This document shows, piece after piece, positions 63,585-64,000 of a stretch of 64,000 bases of DNA. Under the pieces are notes generated by a model. The model was given only the letters and a program-made list of their open reading frames with translations. It ran no database searches and had not been told where the DNA came from. The position numbers and the translations under genes were made by a program. Source of the DNA: Macrostomum lignano (taxonomy: Eukaryota); assembly GCA_002269645.1 (NCBI GenBank), contig NIVC01000827.1, positions 269,233 through 333,232 on the forward strand. Direction: 5' to 3'. Within the stretch, counting starts at the first letter, position 1. Every line of letters starts with the position of its first letter.

Positions 63585-64000
63585 GTGCATGAGAGCCTCA
63601 GCCTACACATATGCTTACGGCAATATATCACATGTATTTACATGTATATTATTAATGTAAGGCAACTATGAGGATATAGTTAACAGACTGCAGCCTGAAT
63701 TGCCGCACTCATCTCGCAAAAGTACACGGGGTGTCTGGAGTTCTGACACTTAAACCCAGAGCAAAAAGGGGGCTTTGGTGTCATTTTGAAGCGCGCATTC
63801 TTTATTATTATTAGAGGCAGGGGTTGTGTGCACCCTGGCGCACTTTAAGCGACATAGGCACACAACCGGCGAGAGCATTACTGGCCATTCCGCCGACTCC
63901 CCTGAGCAGGCATACAAGCGCGCGGATACGTACGCAGGCAGACACTCACACAGGAGTGTACAGCGGCCCTAACTTTATTTTATCGTTAGGTATGTACACT

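Overview
Eukaryotic (metazoan) genomic DNA with GC-rich exons and minisatellite-filled introns. The style is reminiscent of a flatworm such as Macrostomum, but this is inference only. All gene models were assembled by hand from GT-AG sites and phase matching. In order: the last exon of an unknown gene; LRRC47 (+, 5 exons); a 14-repeat Cad87A/CDH23-family cadherin (+, 9 exons); a frameshifted WSC+PAN secreted-protein gene (-); a Delta-like C2/DSL/EGF membrane-protein gene (-); a 3.8-kb (GACA)n array; a tetraspanin (-); and Crypton-like and LINE relics. Main discovery: the two apparent 145/147-bp 'satellites' (37.6-42.9 kb and 58.9-62.4 kb) are tandem arrays of exon+intron units (63-nt phase-1 exon + 82/84-nt GT-AG intron). 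They belong to two paralogous signal-peptide genes. Spliced, they encode 36 and 23 copies of KKNKKRMIVGGSESSLPPQFR, with exon variation almost entirely synonymous. This looks like a one-peptide-per-exon secreted precursor or polycationic secreted protein that an ORF finder cannot see.
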